The notes: generated by a model not told the origin, from the sequence alone. A stretch of DNA of 64,000 bases from Sulfurovum sp. (GCA_027045015.1 JALUBF010000023.1:1713-65712); one strand, 5' to 3'; counted from the first letter of the stretch, positions 20,286-30,541 are shown. Translations and numbers: made by a program.

Positions 20286-21500
20286 ATGAAAATAATAACT
20301 ACAAACTATATCTATACACCTAAAGGATTTATATCCAATAAAGCTATAGCATTTACAGATACCATACAAGATATAGATAATGTAGATAGCCTAAAAATAA
20401 AATATCCTGAAGCTAAAATTATCGCTACCAATCCAAACACTGTATTATATCCTGGGTTTATCAATACTCATGTACATCTGGAGTTTTCAACAAATAAAAC
20501 ATCACTAAAATATGGCTCATTTATGCCTTGGCTTGACTCTGTTATAGAACATAGAGAAGATTTAGTAGGCTCTTGCAATAATGATATTATGATGCAAGAG
20601 TGTCAAGCTATGATGCGTTCAGGAGTCACCACATTTGGTGCTATATCAAGCTTTGGTAATGAACTTGAAGTTTGTGAAAAGACACCACAAAGAGTTATAT
20701 TTTTCAATGAACTAATAGGTTCAAATGCCCAATATGCCGATATGCTTTATGGTGACTTTATGGAGAGAGTAAAAGCTTCTATGAGTTGTGATAAATCATC
20801 TCGTATTATCCCTGCTGTAGCCATTCACTCACCATACTCTGTACACCCTATTATCTTACAAAAAGCTGTAAATGTTGCTAAAGAGCATAAACTTCCACTA
20901 TCTGCCCACTTTTTGGAGTCACAAGCTGAAAGAGAGTGGCTTGAAGATGGTAAAGGTGAATTTAAATCATTTTTTAAAAAGTTTTTCAATACTCAAACTC
21001 CTGTTACAAACATAAAAGAGTTTATGTATGCTTTCGATACATACCCTACCCACTTTACACATGCAGTTCAAGCTACCCAAGAAGAGCTTGAGTATCTAGC
21101 AAAAAAAGGACATAGCATAGCCCATTGTCCTAGAAGCAATCGTTATTTAGGGTGTGGACGATTAGATATAGAAGATTTGAAACTTCCTTTTACCATAGCT
21201 ACAGATGGACTTAGCTCCAATGACTCATTAAGTATTTTAGATGAACTTAGAGCTGGACTTATGATGCACCATCAAATACCTATAGAACCATTAGCATCTA
21301 AATTTATAGATAGTATAACCTCTACACCAGCTGATATTTTAGGGTTAAACTCTGGTCGTATAGAAGTTGGAAAATTGGCAGATTTTACAATTATTGAACT
21401 ACCTGAAATACCAAAAAGAGAAGATGAGATAGCACTATGGAGTATTTTACATACAAAAGAGGTATCAGCACTATTTATAAATGGTAAACAGGAGGTTTAA
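20286..21500 (+). CDS. mqnF: Aminofutalosine deaminase family amidohydrolase
   Basis: PGFINTHVHLEF, HSPYS, HFLES, HCPRSN, TDGLSSN; matches the Campylobacterota futalosine-pathway amidohydrolase pattern. Confidence 0.75.
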   Translation: MKIITTNYIYTPKGFISNKAIAFTDTIQDIDNVDSLKIKYPEAKIIATNPNTVLYPGFINTHVHLEFSTNKTSLKYGSFMPWLDSVIEHREDLVGSCNNDIMMQECQAMMRSGVTTFGAISSFGNELEVCEKTPQRVIFFNELIGSNAQYADMLYGDFMERVKASMSCDKSSRIIPAVAIHSPYSVHPIILQKAVNVAKEHKLPLSAHFLESQAEREWLEDGKGEFKSFFKKFFNTQTPVTNIKEFMYAFDTYPTHFTHAVQATQEELEYLAKKGHSIAHCPRSNRYLGCGRLDIEDLKLPFTIATDGLSSNDSLSILDELRAGLMMHHQIPIEPLASKFIDSITSTPADILGLNSGRIEVGKLADFTIIELPEIPKREDEIALWSILHTKEVSALFINGKQEV

Positions 21501-21793
21501 AATTTAGATATATATTTTGCTACAGATACTATATCTTTATCGCTTAAATGTTTTACCTGACCTCTCATAAGACCACCCATACCATAAACATTTAAAATTC
21601 CTGATCTGTACCCTTTAAGTTGTTTTATAGTCGTTGAAACATTTTGACCTTTGATGGTAGCAAGTGTATCTAAAGGGTGTTTTGTACCATTTGTACCGTG
21701 ACAACTAATACATTTATGTACATATATTGTCCTTCCACTAGCCATAAGTAGAGTAAAGTTCATAAATAAGATTAAGATTGTAAGTTTTTTCAT
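21497..21793 (-). CDS. Cytochrome c553-type monoheme cytochrome c
   Basis: Signal peptide, CISCH, distal GMGGLM methionine. Confidence 0.9.
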   Translation of the reverse strand: MKKLTILILFMNFTLLMASGRTIYVHKCISCHGTNGTKHPLDTLATIKGQNVSTTIKQLKGYRSGILNVYGMGGLMRGQVKHLSDKDIVSVAKYISKF

Positions 21794-21839
21794 TTTTATT
21801 CCTAAATTTAAAAAATATAGTGTTATTTTAACATATAAT

Positions 21840-21856
21840 TGTGAATTTAGTGTGAA
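21840..21856 (-). promoter_or_regulatory. OmpR/PhoB-family (DccR-type) direct-repeat binding site upstream of cytochrome c553
   Basis: Minus strand TTCAC-ACTAAA-TTCACA, just upstream of extended -10 TGTTAAAAT (21833-21825). Confidence 0.6.
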
Positions 21857-21862
21857 GTAGTA

Positions 21863-22195
21863 TCATTTTAATTTTCCCATTATTTTAAACTTATCCCAAT
21901 ATATATCTAATGCTCTATCTAACTCACTATCTAAAAGCTCTGTTTTCTCTTTGATACCATAGTTCATAATAAAAAGTTTTGACATCATAGATATATCTTT
22001 TGATGGGTATTTTAAGTAGTGTTTGATACCTGCTTTCATATTTTTATCACCACCATAAACAAGTAGATAATCCATAAATATCTCTTTTAATGAAACAGGT
22101 AGATCTCTATGACACTTCATACAATTCTTTTCATATATATCTGTAGCAAAAAGATGTGAGATAACTAAAGAGATAACCAATACTTTTTTTACCAT
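21863..22195 (-). CDS. Exported monoheme cytochrome c-like protein
   Basis: Signal peptide, CMKCH, candidate distal Met (ISMM); overlaps the kinase stop. Confidence 0.75.
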   Translation of the reverse strand: MVKKVLVISLVISHLFATDIYEKNCMKCHRDLPVSLKEIFMDYLLVYGGDKNMKAGIKHYLKYPSKDISMMSKLFIMNYGIKEKTELLDSELDRALDIYWDKFKIMGKLK

Positions 22196-23382
22196 AATAA
22201 CACCATAGTTGTTCCCTTTTGTTCTGATGAGATAACATCTATTTTTATATTGTACTCATCTAATATACTCTTAACTATACTTAGCCCTACTCCAAATCCA
22301 CCTTCTGAATCATTGAACCTCAAATATCTATCGAAAATAAAAGGTATCTCCTCCTCTTTTATCCCTATACCACTATCTTTTACGCTTAATCTTTTATCTT
22401 TTAGTTCAATCTCTATGACTCCATTACGTAGATTATATTTTATAGCATTTGATATAAGATTATCTATAACACGTGTTATCTTTTTTTTGTCAATATATAA
22501 ACTTGATTCATTTAAATATAATTTGCAAGATATATTTTTAGACTCCATAATAGCCATAAAATACTCTACCCTATCTTCAATAAGGCTCTTTAGATCTATA
22601 TTTTCATCCAATCTATCTCTATCTTGCTCTAATGTTAGGTATGTTAAATCTTTATATAAGATAGATACTGTCTTTGTAGCTATATTTATACGATTTATTT
22701 TAGATATATTTTTTTTATCCATACTACTTGTATCTATCATCTCTATATTTGCAAGTATCGCAGATAGTGGGGTATTTAGTTCATGTGTTGTATCTTTTAT
22801 AAATCTATCCAAAAGTAATATAGAATTTCTCATAGGTTTTACAAACATATTTGCCAAAAATACCCCTAAAATAGCAGATATTATGAAAAATAATATTCCG
22901 TAAATAGATATGTTTCTTACAACATTTGTTTTCCAAAGAGTATCATCTTTTACCTCTACTATAAGATATTTTGCACCTAAATAATATGTTGTCAACATCT
23001 TTACTAGATATATATATGAACCATTTTGATATATGCCCTCTTTAAAGATGATATCTATATCTTCTTCCATATCTGAAAATATCTTAACATACTCAAGGTC
23101 ATATATAGCAGATTTGAAGTGTTTATCTCGTGGATATATATTGTGCTTATTGTCAAAAGAGTTATGGAGTTCTTTAAGACGCTTTATCTCTCGATAGGCA
23201 TACTGTTCAAGATTTGCACGTTGGTTAGATAGCATAATCTCCTCTTGAGTTTTATAGTAGTAAAAAGATAGTAATGATATGATAATAGTTACAATACCCA
23301 AATAGAGAGATAAGAATCTAAAAAGAGACTTCTTCTCACTTTTGAGTACTGAATTTGTAACCTTGCTTTTTGATACTAACAA
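22189..23382 (-). CDS. Two-component sensor histidine kinase (DccS/CrdS-like)
   Basis: Two TM segments; H-box DTTHELNTPL; NLISNAIKY; DSGIGI; GFGVGLSIV. Confidence 0.93.
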   Translation of the reverse strand: MLVSKSKVTNSVLKSEKKSLFRFLSLYLGIVTIIISLLSFYYYKTQEEIMLSNQRANLEQYAYREIKRLKELHNSFDNKHNIYPRDKHFKSAIYDLEYVKIFSDMEEDIDIIFKEGIYQNGSYIYLVKMLTTYYLGAKYLIVEVKDDTLWKTNVVRNISIYGILFFIISAILGVFLANMFVKPMRNSILLLDRFIKDTTHELNTPLSAILANIEMIDTSSMDKKNISKINRINIATKTVSILYKDLTYLTLEQDRDRLDENIDLKSLIEDRVEYFMAIMESKNISCKLYLNESSLYIDKKKITRVIDNLISNAIKYNLRNGVIEIELKDKRLSVKDSGIGIKEEEIPFIFDRYLRFNDSEGGFGVGLSIVKSILDEYNIKIDVISSEQKGTTMVLLW

Positions 23383-24007
23383 TACTCTCCTTCCCTATAA
23401 TTTTACGAAGATTTTTAATATAGGTACGAAGTGCCGTATCGCTTGGCTCTTCACCAAACTCCCAAAGATTATCATAGATACGTTCATGAGATAGTACTTC
23501 ACCCTCATTTTTCATAAATAACTTTAAAAGCATAGACTCTTTTTTGCCCAAAGATACTACATATCCATCAATAATAAGCTCATTGTTCTTAATATCATAT
23601 TTGATATTATTAGATATATCTATGCTATCTCGTTCTTCATGAAAAAAACTACGTTTTAGTAGAGTATCTACCCTAATCAGAAGCTCTTTTAAAGAAAATG
23701 GTTTACGTATGTAGTCATCACAACCACTACTAAATCCTTTTTCCAAATCATCTACAGAATCAAGAGAAGTTATAAATATAGCAGGTGCAACAACCCCCTC
23801 TTCTCTAGCCTTTTTTAAGACTTCAAAACCATTAATCCTAGGGGTATTGACATCTAAAAGTAAAATGTCATATCTACTCTCATAGAGTTTATCTTGAGCC
23901 TCATAGCCATCATATACAGCAACTACACTATGCCCACTCTCTTCTAAAAACTCTACAACAGTATCATTTAGATTTGTATCATCTTCGAGTAGTAGTATCT
24001 TTGCCAT
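23336..24007 (-). CDS. OmpR/PhoB-family response regulator (DccR/CrdR-like)
   Basis: LLEDD, LLDV, DDYIRKPF; winged helix LRTYIKNLRK...GYKF. Confidence 0.94.
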   Translation of the reverse strand: MAKILLLEDDTNLNDTVVEFLEESGHSVVAVYDGYEAQDKLYESRYDILLLDVNTPRINGFEVLKKAREEGVVAPAIFITSLDSVDDLEKGFSSGCDDYIRKPFSLKELLIRVDTLLKRSFFHEERDSIDISNNIKYDIKNNELIIDGYVVSLGKKESMLLKLFMKNEGEVLSHERIYDNLWEFGEEPSDTALRTYIKNLRKIIGKESIVSIKKQGYKFSTQK

Positions 24008-24435
24008 TAGATATATTGTCTAACCCAATTTTCTAATCTACCAACACTCATAGCTCCTGAGACTCTATCTACCTCTTTCATATTTTTAAATACTATAAGT
24101 GTAGGGATACTCTGTATACCATATTGAGCTCCAAGAGTCTGCTCTTGTTCTGTATCTACCTTTAAAAACTGTGCTTGTAGAGGCATATTAAGTGCAACTT
24201 CTTTAAAAGCAGGTGCCATTTGTAAACAAGGTCCACACCAAGGTGCCCAGAAATCTACAACTACAGGTATGTCAGAATTAGCTAAAAATATACCAAGCTT
24301 AGACGCATCAACACTAACAGGTTCAGAGTTAAGTAAAGAACTCTTACAGTGACCACAATTTGCTTTGGCATAACTATCTTTTTTAGGTATGCGATTTACC
24401 TTTAAACATTTGGGACAAACAACATTTACATTCAT
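24007..24435 (-). CDS. trxC: Thioredoxin 2 with N-terminal zinc finger
   Basis: CPKC...CGHC zinc motif and WCGPC active site. Confidence 0.93.
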   Translation of the reverse strand: MNVNVVCPKCLKVNRIPKKDSYAKANCGHCKSSLLNSEPVSVDASKLGIFLANSDIPVVVDFWAPWCGPCLQMAPAFKEVALNMPLQAQFLKVDTEQEQTLGAQYGIQSIPTLIVFKNMKEVDRVSGAMSVGRLENWVRQYI

Positions 24436-24469
24436 AAAAAACTCCTATTTTTTCTTTATTTTAACATAT

Positions 24470-27163
24470 CTACTTTAACTCACCCCAACTATTACCAATA
24501 CTAACACTACATTCCAATGGTACATCAAGTTTCAATACATTTTCCATAGTATATACGAAACGTCTACTTATCTCCTCTGCCATCTCCTCTTTTACCTCAA
24601 ATATAAGCTCATCATGAATTTGTAAAAGCATAAAAGCATCTAACTCTTCTTCTCGTATCATAGAGTCTATCTCATTCATAGATAGCTTTATAAGGTCTGC
24701 TGCACTTCCTTGAAAGACAGTATTGACTGATTCACGCATAAAGGAGGCTTTTTGCATACCATTAGCTGACTCATAATCAAAAATACGTCTTCTTTTAAGA
24801 ATAGTCTCTACATAACCATCTATTTTTACTCTATCTTGTATGCTACCTAAGAAACTCTTAACTGTAGGAAATGATGCAAAATAGTTGGAGATAATCTCTT
24901 TAGCTTCACTAGAACTTATGCCTAACTCTTCAGATAGCTTTTTAGGTCCCATTCCATATAGAAGTCCAAAGTTTACAGACTTTGCAAAACTTCTCTTCTC
25001 TTTGGCTTTCTCTTCTCCAAATAGTATGGTAGATGTTGCAAGGTGTATATCTACACCATTTTTAAATGCTTCAAGTAACGCTTTATCTTGTGAAAAATGT
25101 GCAAGTAACCTTAACTCTATCTGGGAGTAGTCAATACTTACTAGCTTATATCCCTCTTTTGCTACAAATGCATCACGTACCATACGCCCAAGTTTTGAGC
25201 GTACTGGTATATTTTGTAAATTAGGGTCTTTAGAACTCAAACGTCCTGTAGCTGTACCAGTCTGAGAAAAATTTGTATATATTCTTGAATTTTCATCTCT
25301 TTGTGCTAACTTTAAAAGAGGTGTAATGTAGGTAGATAATATCTTTTGATACTCACGATACTCAAGTAATTTAGGTATGATTTTATGTTCAGTTTTTAAA
25401 GAGTTAAGCACTGCCTCATTGGTACTATAGCCTGTTTTTGTCTTTTTACCACCCTTTAGTCCAAGTGTTTGGAAGAGTACCAATCCTAACTGCTGTGTTG
25501 ACTTTATGTTAAACTCACAACCAGATAGAGCATATATCTCTTGAGTTAAGGTATGCAACTCATTACTCAATCTTTTTTCTAAATCTTCTAGTTTACTTTT
25601 GTCTATCTTTATACCCAATCTCTCCATACGCATAAGTACACCTATAAATGGATACTCAATATCTTCTGCTTCTTTTAAAAGGTGATCTAAAGAAGATAGC
25701 TCTATATTCTCTTTTATAGCTCCATAAAGAAGATATGTCATCCAAGCATCTTCAGAGGCATAAAATGATGCGTCAGATATGGCAACAGCTGAAAAATCTT
25801 CTCCCTTTTTTACCATCTCTTTAAATGGCTTCATCTTATATTTAAAATGACGCATAGCAAGTATATCTAAACCTACTTTTGAAGATGGATTTAAAAGCCA
25901 TGCAAGTATCATAGTATCTGCAAATGGAGTAATAGGTTCAAAATCATATTGATTATATAATAAAGATAAATCAAATTTTAGGTTCTGCCCTACTATTTTA
26001 AATGTCAATAGCTTAGCTAAAGCATTTAATGCATCAGGTAAACTAACCTGCTCTTCAACACCCAAATAGTTATGTCCTACTGGTACATAGTAAGCTTTAT
26101 CTTTACTAAAACAGAAAGAAAAACCTACTAATTTTGCTACTTTAGTATCTAATCCTGTTGTCTCTGTATCAAAAGCTACAATAGCATTTGATTCTATACT
26201 ATTTAATACACTATCAAGTTTCTCTTTAGTATCTAAAGTAATAGCTTTAAAAGATAAACTAGGATCTTTAGGCTTAACATACTCACGCTCACAATCTACC
26301 TCTTCCATACCAACTTTAGCTTTTTTGATAGCCTGTTTCATCTCATATTGTTCAAACTCATCTAAGAGACAAGATAGGTAGTTTTTATCTTCAAAAACAA
26401 AGCTCTCTACATCCATATCGGCAAATACATCTGTACGCATAGTTACCAAATCACGTGATAAAAAGGCACTCTCTTTGCTATCAAGTAGAAGTTTTTGTAT
26501 GCGAGGTGTACCACAATTTTCTATATCATCATATATCGCTTCAAGAGTATGATACTTGTTGATAAGTTTTGAAGCCCCCACTTTACCAATACCTTTAACC
26601 CCTGGAACATTATCTGAGCTATCTCCCAATATAGCTTGAAAATTTATAAAATCTTTTGGCTCTACACCAAATTTATCTATGCAACTCTTCTCATTTACTA
26701 TGGATCTTTTGACAGAGTCATACATCTCAACTTTGCCATCTTCTATCATCTGATATAGGTCTTTATCGTGAGATACTATGCGTACTTTAAGCCCCTGTTC
26801 TTTAGCAAATTTGGTTACTGTAGCTATAACATCATCTGCCTCATACCCCTCACGACTTAAATTTGCAAATCCCATCTGTTCTATCCACTCTATAGCAATG
26901 GGAAGTTGTTTTCTCAAATCTTCAGGAGCTTCATCACGATTGGCTTTATATTCAGGATATATCTCATTACGAAATGTATCTCCCTTTGTATCTAATGCAA
27001 AAACAATATAATCTGTAGAGTGTTCGCGTTGTAGAGATTCGATAAGATTTGAAAAACCTGTTAAAAGTCCTGTAGGAAATCCATCTGAGTTACGTAATGG
27101 AGGAAGAGCAAAATATGAACGAAAGAAAAATCCAAATGTATCTATAATAGTTATTGTTTTCAA
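24470..27163 (-). CDS. polA: DNA polymerase I
   Basis: 5'-3' exonuclease, DTETT 3'-5' exonuclease, TGRLSS..PNLQNIP, DYSQIELR, LQIHDEL. Confidence 0.98.
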   Translation of the reverse strand: MKTITIIDTFGFFFRSYFALPPLRNSDGFPTGLLTGFSNLIESLQREHSTDYIVFALDTKGDTFRNEIYPEYKANRDEAPEDLRKQLPIAIEWIEQMGFANLSREGYEADDVIATVTKFAKEQGLKVRIVSHDKDLYQMIEDGKVEMYDSVKRSIVNEKSCIDKFGVEPKDFINFQAILGDSSDNVPGVKGIGKVGASKLINKYHTLEAIYDDIENCGTPRIQKLLLDSKESAFLSRDLVTMRTDVFADMDVESFVFEDKNYLSCLLDEFEQYEMKQAIKKAKVGMEEVDCEREYVKPKDPSLSFKAITLDTKEKLDSVLNSIESNAIVAFDTETTGLDTKVAKLVGFSFCFSKDKAYYVPVGHNYLGVEEQVSLPDALNALAKLLTFKIVGQNLKFDLSLLYNQYDFEPITPFADTMILAWLLNPSSKVGLDILAMRHFKYKMKPFKEMVKKGEDFSAVAISDASFYASEDAWMTYLLYGAIKENIELSSLDHLLKEAEDIEYPFIGVLMRMERLGIKIDKSKLEDLEKRLSNELHTLTQEIYALSGCEFNIKSTQQLGLVLFQTLGLKGGKKTKTGYSTNEAVLNSLKTEHKIIPKLLEYREYQKILSTYITPLLKLAQRDENSRIYTNFSQTGTATGRLSSKDPNLQNIPVRSKLGRMVRDAFVAKEGYKLVSIDYSQIELRLLAHFSQDKALLEAFKNGVDIHLATSTILFGEEKAKEKRSFAKSVNFGLLYGMGPKKLSEELGISSSEAKEIISNYFASFPTVKSFLGSIQDRVKIDGYVETILKRRRIFDYESANGMQKASFMRESVNTVFQGSAADLIKLSMNEIDSMIREEELDAFMLLQIHDELIFEVKEEMAEEISRRFVYTMENVLKLDVPLECSVSIGNSWGELK

Positions 27164-27233
27164 GAAGAGACCTAATTTTTTATTTATTTTAGCCTAATAT
27201 GTTAAAATATAAGTAAAATAGGAAACATACATT

Positions 27234-28271
27234 ATGAAACTTCTTGTATCTGCTTTGGAACCATCTTCTAACCTACATCTAAAAGAGGTATTAAAACATA
27301 CAAAAGATGTAAAACTCATAGGTATTTTTGATAAAAATATAAAAGATGATAAACCTCTATATGATATCTCAGAGATGGCTATTATGGGTATTGTAGATGC
27401 TATAAAAAAATTAAAATGGTTTTTTAAGGTAGCAGATGAGATGGTAAAACTTGCAAAAGATGCAGACAAAATACTTCTGATGGACTCTTCTGGATTTAAC
27501 TTACCACTTGCTAAAAAATTAAAAATAGCATATCCAAATAAAGAGATAATATACTATATATTACCACAGATATGGGCTAGTCGTCCCAAACGTGCTATAA
27601 AATTAGAGCAGTACTGCGACAGACTCTTGGGCATACTCCCTTTTGAAGTAAACTACTATCCACATAAAAAAGCCACATATATTGGTCACCCATTATTAGA
27701 TGAGATAGATGTAGAGTATAATAATTCAGTAGATACTATAGCTTTTATGCCAGGGAGTAGAAAAAGTGAGATAAAAAGACTTCTACCTATTTTTAAAGAG
27801 ATACGAGCAAAACTTAGTGAGAAAAAAGCACTGATTATTATCCCTTCGAGTTTTTCTAACGATAAAATAGATGAACTATACGGTGACATATCTATGTTTG
27901 AGATAAGTAAAGATACACATAAAGCCTTAGCATCTTCAGAATTTGCTTTTATCTGTTCTGGTACTGCTACACTTGAAGCTGCACTTATTGGTGTCCCATT
28001 TACACTTGCATATATAGCTAAAAAGGTAGATTTTTTTATAGGTACGAAGATACTTGGCATCAAACAAGTTGGACTTGCAAATATAATACTCAACAATTAC
28101 AATAATACAACTCTACACAATGAGATACTTCAAGAGAATGTAACTGTTGAAAATTTACTAAAAGAGTATCATAATACAGATAGAAAACTCTTTGCTAAAA
28201 AAGCCAAAGATTTAAAAAACTATTTAAAATATGGTAGTTCCAAGAAAGTTGCTGAGATTATTGAACAATAA
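27234..28271 (+). CDS. lpxB: Lipid-A-disaccharide synthase
   Basis: ALEPSS, DSSGFN, PQIWASR, GHPL, PGSRKSE, SGTATLE. Confidence 0.95.
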   Translation: MKLLVSALEPSSNLHLKEVLKHTKDVKLIGIFDKNIKDDKPLYDISEMAIMGIVDAIKKLKWFFKVADEMVKLAKDADKILLMDSSGFNLPLAKKLKIAYPNKEIIYYILPQIWASRPKRAIKLEQYCDRLLGILPFEVNYYPHKKATYIGHPLLDEIDVEYNNSVDTIAFMPGSRKSEIKRLLPIFKEIRAKLSEKKALIIIPSSFSNDKIDELYGDISMFEISKDTHKALASSEFAFICSGTATLEAALIGVPFTLAYIAKKVDFFIGTKILGIKQVGLANIILNNYNNTTLHNEILQENVTVENLLKEYHNTDRKLFAKKAKDLKNYLKYGSSKKVAEIIEQ

Positions 28272-28288
28272 ATTTTTATTTGATTAAG

Positions 28289-28363
28289 TGGCTCCGGCAC
28301 GAGGATTCGAACCTCGGACCAAATGATTAACAGTCATCTACTCTACCGCTGAGCTATGCCGGA
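28289..28363 (-). tRNA. tRNA-Asn (GTT)
   Basis: TCCGGCATAGCTCAGCGGTAGAGTAGATGACTGTTAATCATTTGGTCCGAGGTTCGAATCCTCGTGCCGGAGCCA; cloverleaf with encoded CCA. Confidence 0.97.
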
Positions 28364-28391
28364 ACATTTAAAAGAAGTTACAAACAAAATA

Positions 28392-28466
28392 TGGCTCCGG
28401 CACGAGGATTCGAACCTCGGACCAAATGATTAACAGTCATCTACTCTACCACTGAGCTATGCCGGA
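28392..28466 (-). tRNA. tRNA-Asn (GTT), second copy
   Basis: Same 75-nt sequence except one D-loop base (CAGTGG versus CAGCGG). Confidence 0.97.
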
Positions 28467-28485
28467 ACATTTAATTTGTGACAAG

Positions 28486-28514
28486 ATTATAGTGTAAAAT
28501 CACTTTAATGTCAA
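28486..28514 (-). promoter_or_regulatory. Consensus sigma70 promoter of the tRNA-Asn pair
   Basis: TTGACA (28514-28509), 17-bp spacer, TATAAT (28491-28486). Confidence 0.85.
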
Positions 28515-28521
28515 GTAATTT

Positions 28522-29433
28522 TTATATTTTCTTAAAAAATTCTACTCCATTTGTCTCTATTAACTCTATTTTTTCTTTATGAAGTAGATTTTCTACCCTT
28601 TTTTTACTCTCTGTATCAAATAGTGCTTCTATATCTTCTTGAGTCAATGGTCTCTTAGCTAAAGTATCCAATATCTCATCATAACTATATGATGAAGATG
28701 ATATATCTGATTTTTTACGTGTTGCTATATAGATAGGTAATGAAGAATCAAAGTAATGGCTTATCTGTAATAAATCTTCATAACTTACAGGCTTTACATT
28801 AAAAGCAGGTGGTCTATCTATAGTTCCCAAATCTATACGTGTTGGTTTAAGTTTAAGTAGATACTCATTCAACTTAGATATTTCATCTTTTGAATCATTT
28901 AATGTTTTTACTACTAATATTTCTATTATCAGAGGTGCTTTATACCTATTTTTAAACTCTAGCATTCCTGCTTTGATATTCTCTATAGATATACTATCAT
29001 CAGAACGGTCAAGCTTTTTTAAACATTTTTGCGTAGCACAGTCTAAAGATAGTTTAACCTCATCAAACTTCAGTAGTGCTTCTTGTACTTTAAGATTATT
29101 TATAGTAGATGCATTAGACAATATAAGTACTTTAATAGTACCTTTTATCTTATTTATCTCATTTATTAACTCTAAAAGATGTGGATAGATAGTAGGTTCA
29201 CCATTTGCAGTAATGGTAAGAACATCTATATCCTTATGTTCATTTAAACCATTTTGTATAGCATTTAGTATATTCTCAACACTTACTACTTCATCTTGCG
29301 TTGACATCGTTTTAGATGGTTCTAACTCACAATAAAGACAATCAAAATTACACTGCTTTTTAGAAGGGCTAAGATCAACCCCTAAAGATTTACCGAAACG
29401 TCTTGAGTAGATAGGTCCAAATATGATATTCAT
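28522..29433 (-). CDS. Radical SAM protein (COG0731, TYW1-related bacterial group)
   Basis: FGPIYSRRFGKSLGVDL, CNFDCLYC, NGEPT. Confidence 0.88.
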   Translation of the reverse strand: MNIIFGPIYSRRFGKSLGVDLSPSKKQCNFDCLYCELEPSKTMSTQDEVVSVENILNAIQNGLNEHKDIDVLTITANGEPTIYPHLLELINEINKIKGTIKVLILSNASTINNLKVQEALLKFDEVKLSLDCATQKCLKKLDRSDDSISIENIKAGMLEFKNRYKAPLIIEILVVKTLNDSKDEISKLNEYLLKLKPTRIDLGTIDRPPAFNVKPVSYEDLLQISHYFDSSLPIYIATRKKSDISSSSYSYDEILDTLAKRPLTQEDIEALFDTESKKRVENLLHKEKIELIETNGVEFFKKI

Positions 29434-29465
29434 TTATTTTTCCTATAGTTAAGTTTCTAAAAAGC

Positions 29466-29819
29466 TTACGCTTTTTTTACAAACTCTTGTTTAAGTTTAA
29501 TAGCTCCAACACCTGGAACTTTACAATCAATATTGTGACCATCATTACCCTCTACAAGACGGATACCTTTAATTTTAGTACCTACTTTAATACCATCACT
29601 ACTACCTTTTACTTTAAGGTCTTTTATCACAGTTACACTATCACCATCTTCTAAGATATTACCATTTGCATCTTTTACAACAAGCCCTGCTTCTTCCTCT
29701 TGTGCTTCTTCTACTGCATCTTTATTCCATTCATAACCACACATAGGGCAGATATAAAGATTTCCTTCTTCGTAAGTATATTCGCTATCACATTTTGGAC
29801 AATTTGGTATAGTTGACAT
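29466..29819 (-). CDS. Zinc-ribbon protein YjdM (PhnA-like)
   Basis: CPKC...CPMCGYEW; [24 protein letters not shown]; HNIDCK. Confidence 0.92.
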   Translation of the reverse strand: MSTIPNCPKCDSEYTYEEGNLYICPMCGYEWNKDAVEEAQEEEAGLVVKDANGNILEDGDSVTVIKDLKVKGSSDGIKVGTKIKGIRLVEGNDGHNIDCKVPGVGAIKLKQEFVKKA

Positions 29820-29872
29820 AGTTTTTCCTTTATATTTAAATATTTAGCGTATTTTACTCTTTTTATTTTAAT

Positions 29873-30541
29873 CTATAGGCTATAAAGTATTTTTTGCTCT
29901 TTTTTTAAAACTTCATCTTTGCTACCATCTTTTATAATCTTACCCTGATCTAGCACTAAAATTCTATCTGATAAAAGATATGAAGACTTAGCATCATGAC
30001 TTATCATCAATGTTGTAGTTTTAAAATCTCTATGGAGTTTAGATATCTCCTCTTGAAGTTTGTTACGCATCTTTTCATCAAGAGCAGAAAGAGGTTCGTC
30101 CATAAGTAGTATTTTTGGTCTATTCATCATAGCACGACATAGACTAACACGCTGTTTTTGTCCTCCACTAAGAGTTTTTACATTACGTGTAGCTAAAGCT
30201 GTAAGTTCTGTAAGTTCAAGAAGTTTTTTAGATAAATTTTTATCATCTCTGACAAAAAGAAGATTTTGTTCAACTGTCATATTTTCAAATAGTGCATAAT
30301 CTTGAAATACAAAACCTATCTCTCTCTTTTGTGGTAGCAGATTATCCCAAGAGTTGCCATCTACAACTATCTTACTTTTAGCCTTTTCAAGCCCTGCCAA
30401 GACTCTAAGTAGAGTTGTTTTCCCTGAACCACTCTCACCCATAATAGATACAAAACTACCCTGTTTTATTTGTAAATCTACATCAAGTATCATATCTCCT
30501 TTGGTACCTTGTAGTCTCTTCTTTATAGCTATCTCTACCAC
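29873..30541 (-). CDS. modC: Molybdate ABC transporter ATPase (short, no TOBE domain)
   Basis: GESGSGKTT, VFQDYALF, LSGGQKQR, MDEP; in the modAB operon. Confidence 0.88.
   Translation of the reverse strand: MVEIAIKKRLQGTKGDMILDVDLQIKQGSFVSIMGESGSGKTTLLRVLAGLEKAKSKIVVDGNSWDNLLPQKREIGFVFQDYALFENMTVEQNLLFVRDDKNLSKKLLELTELTALATRNVKTLSGGQKQRVSLCRAMMNRPKILLMDEPLSALDEKMRNKLQEEISKLHRDFKTTTLMISHDAKSSYLLSDRILVLDQGKIIKDGSKDEVLKKEQKILYSL

Noticed and set aside
28289-28466. Near-identical 75-bp direct repeats as CRISPR repeats or prophage att sites
   Set aside because: Both are complete tRNA-Asn genes 28 bp apart; no integrase, cas gene or partial tRNA duplication is seen in the window.
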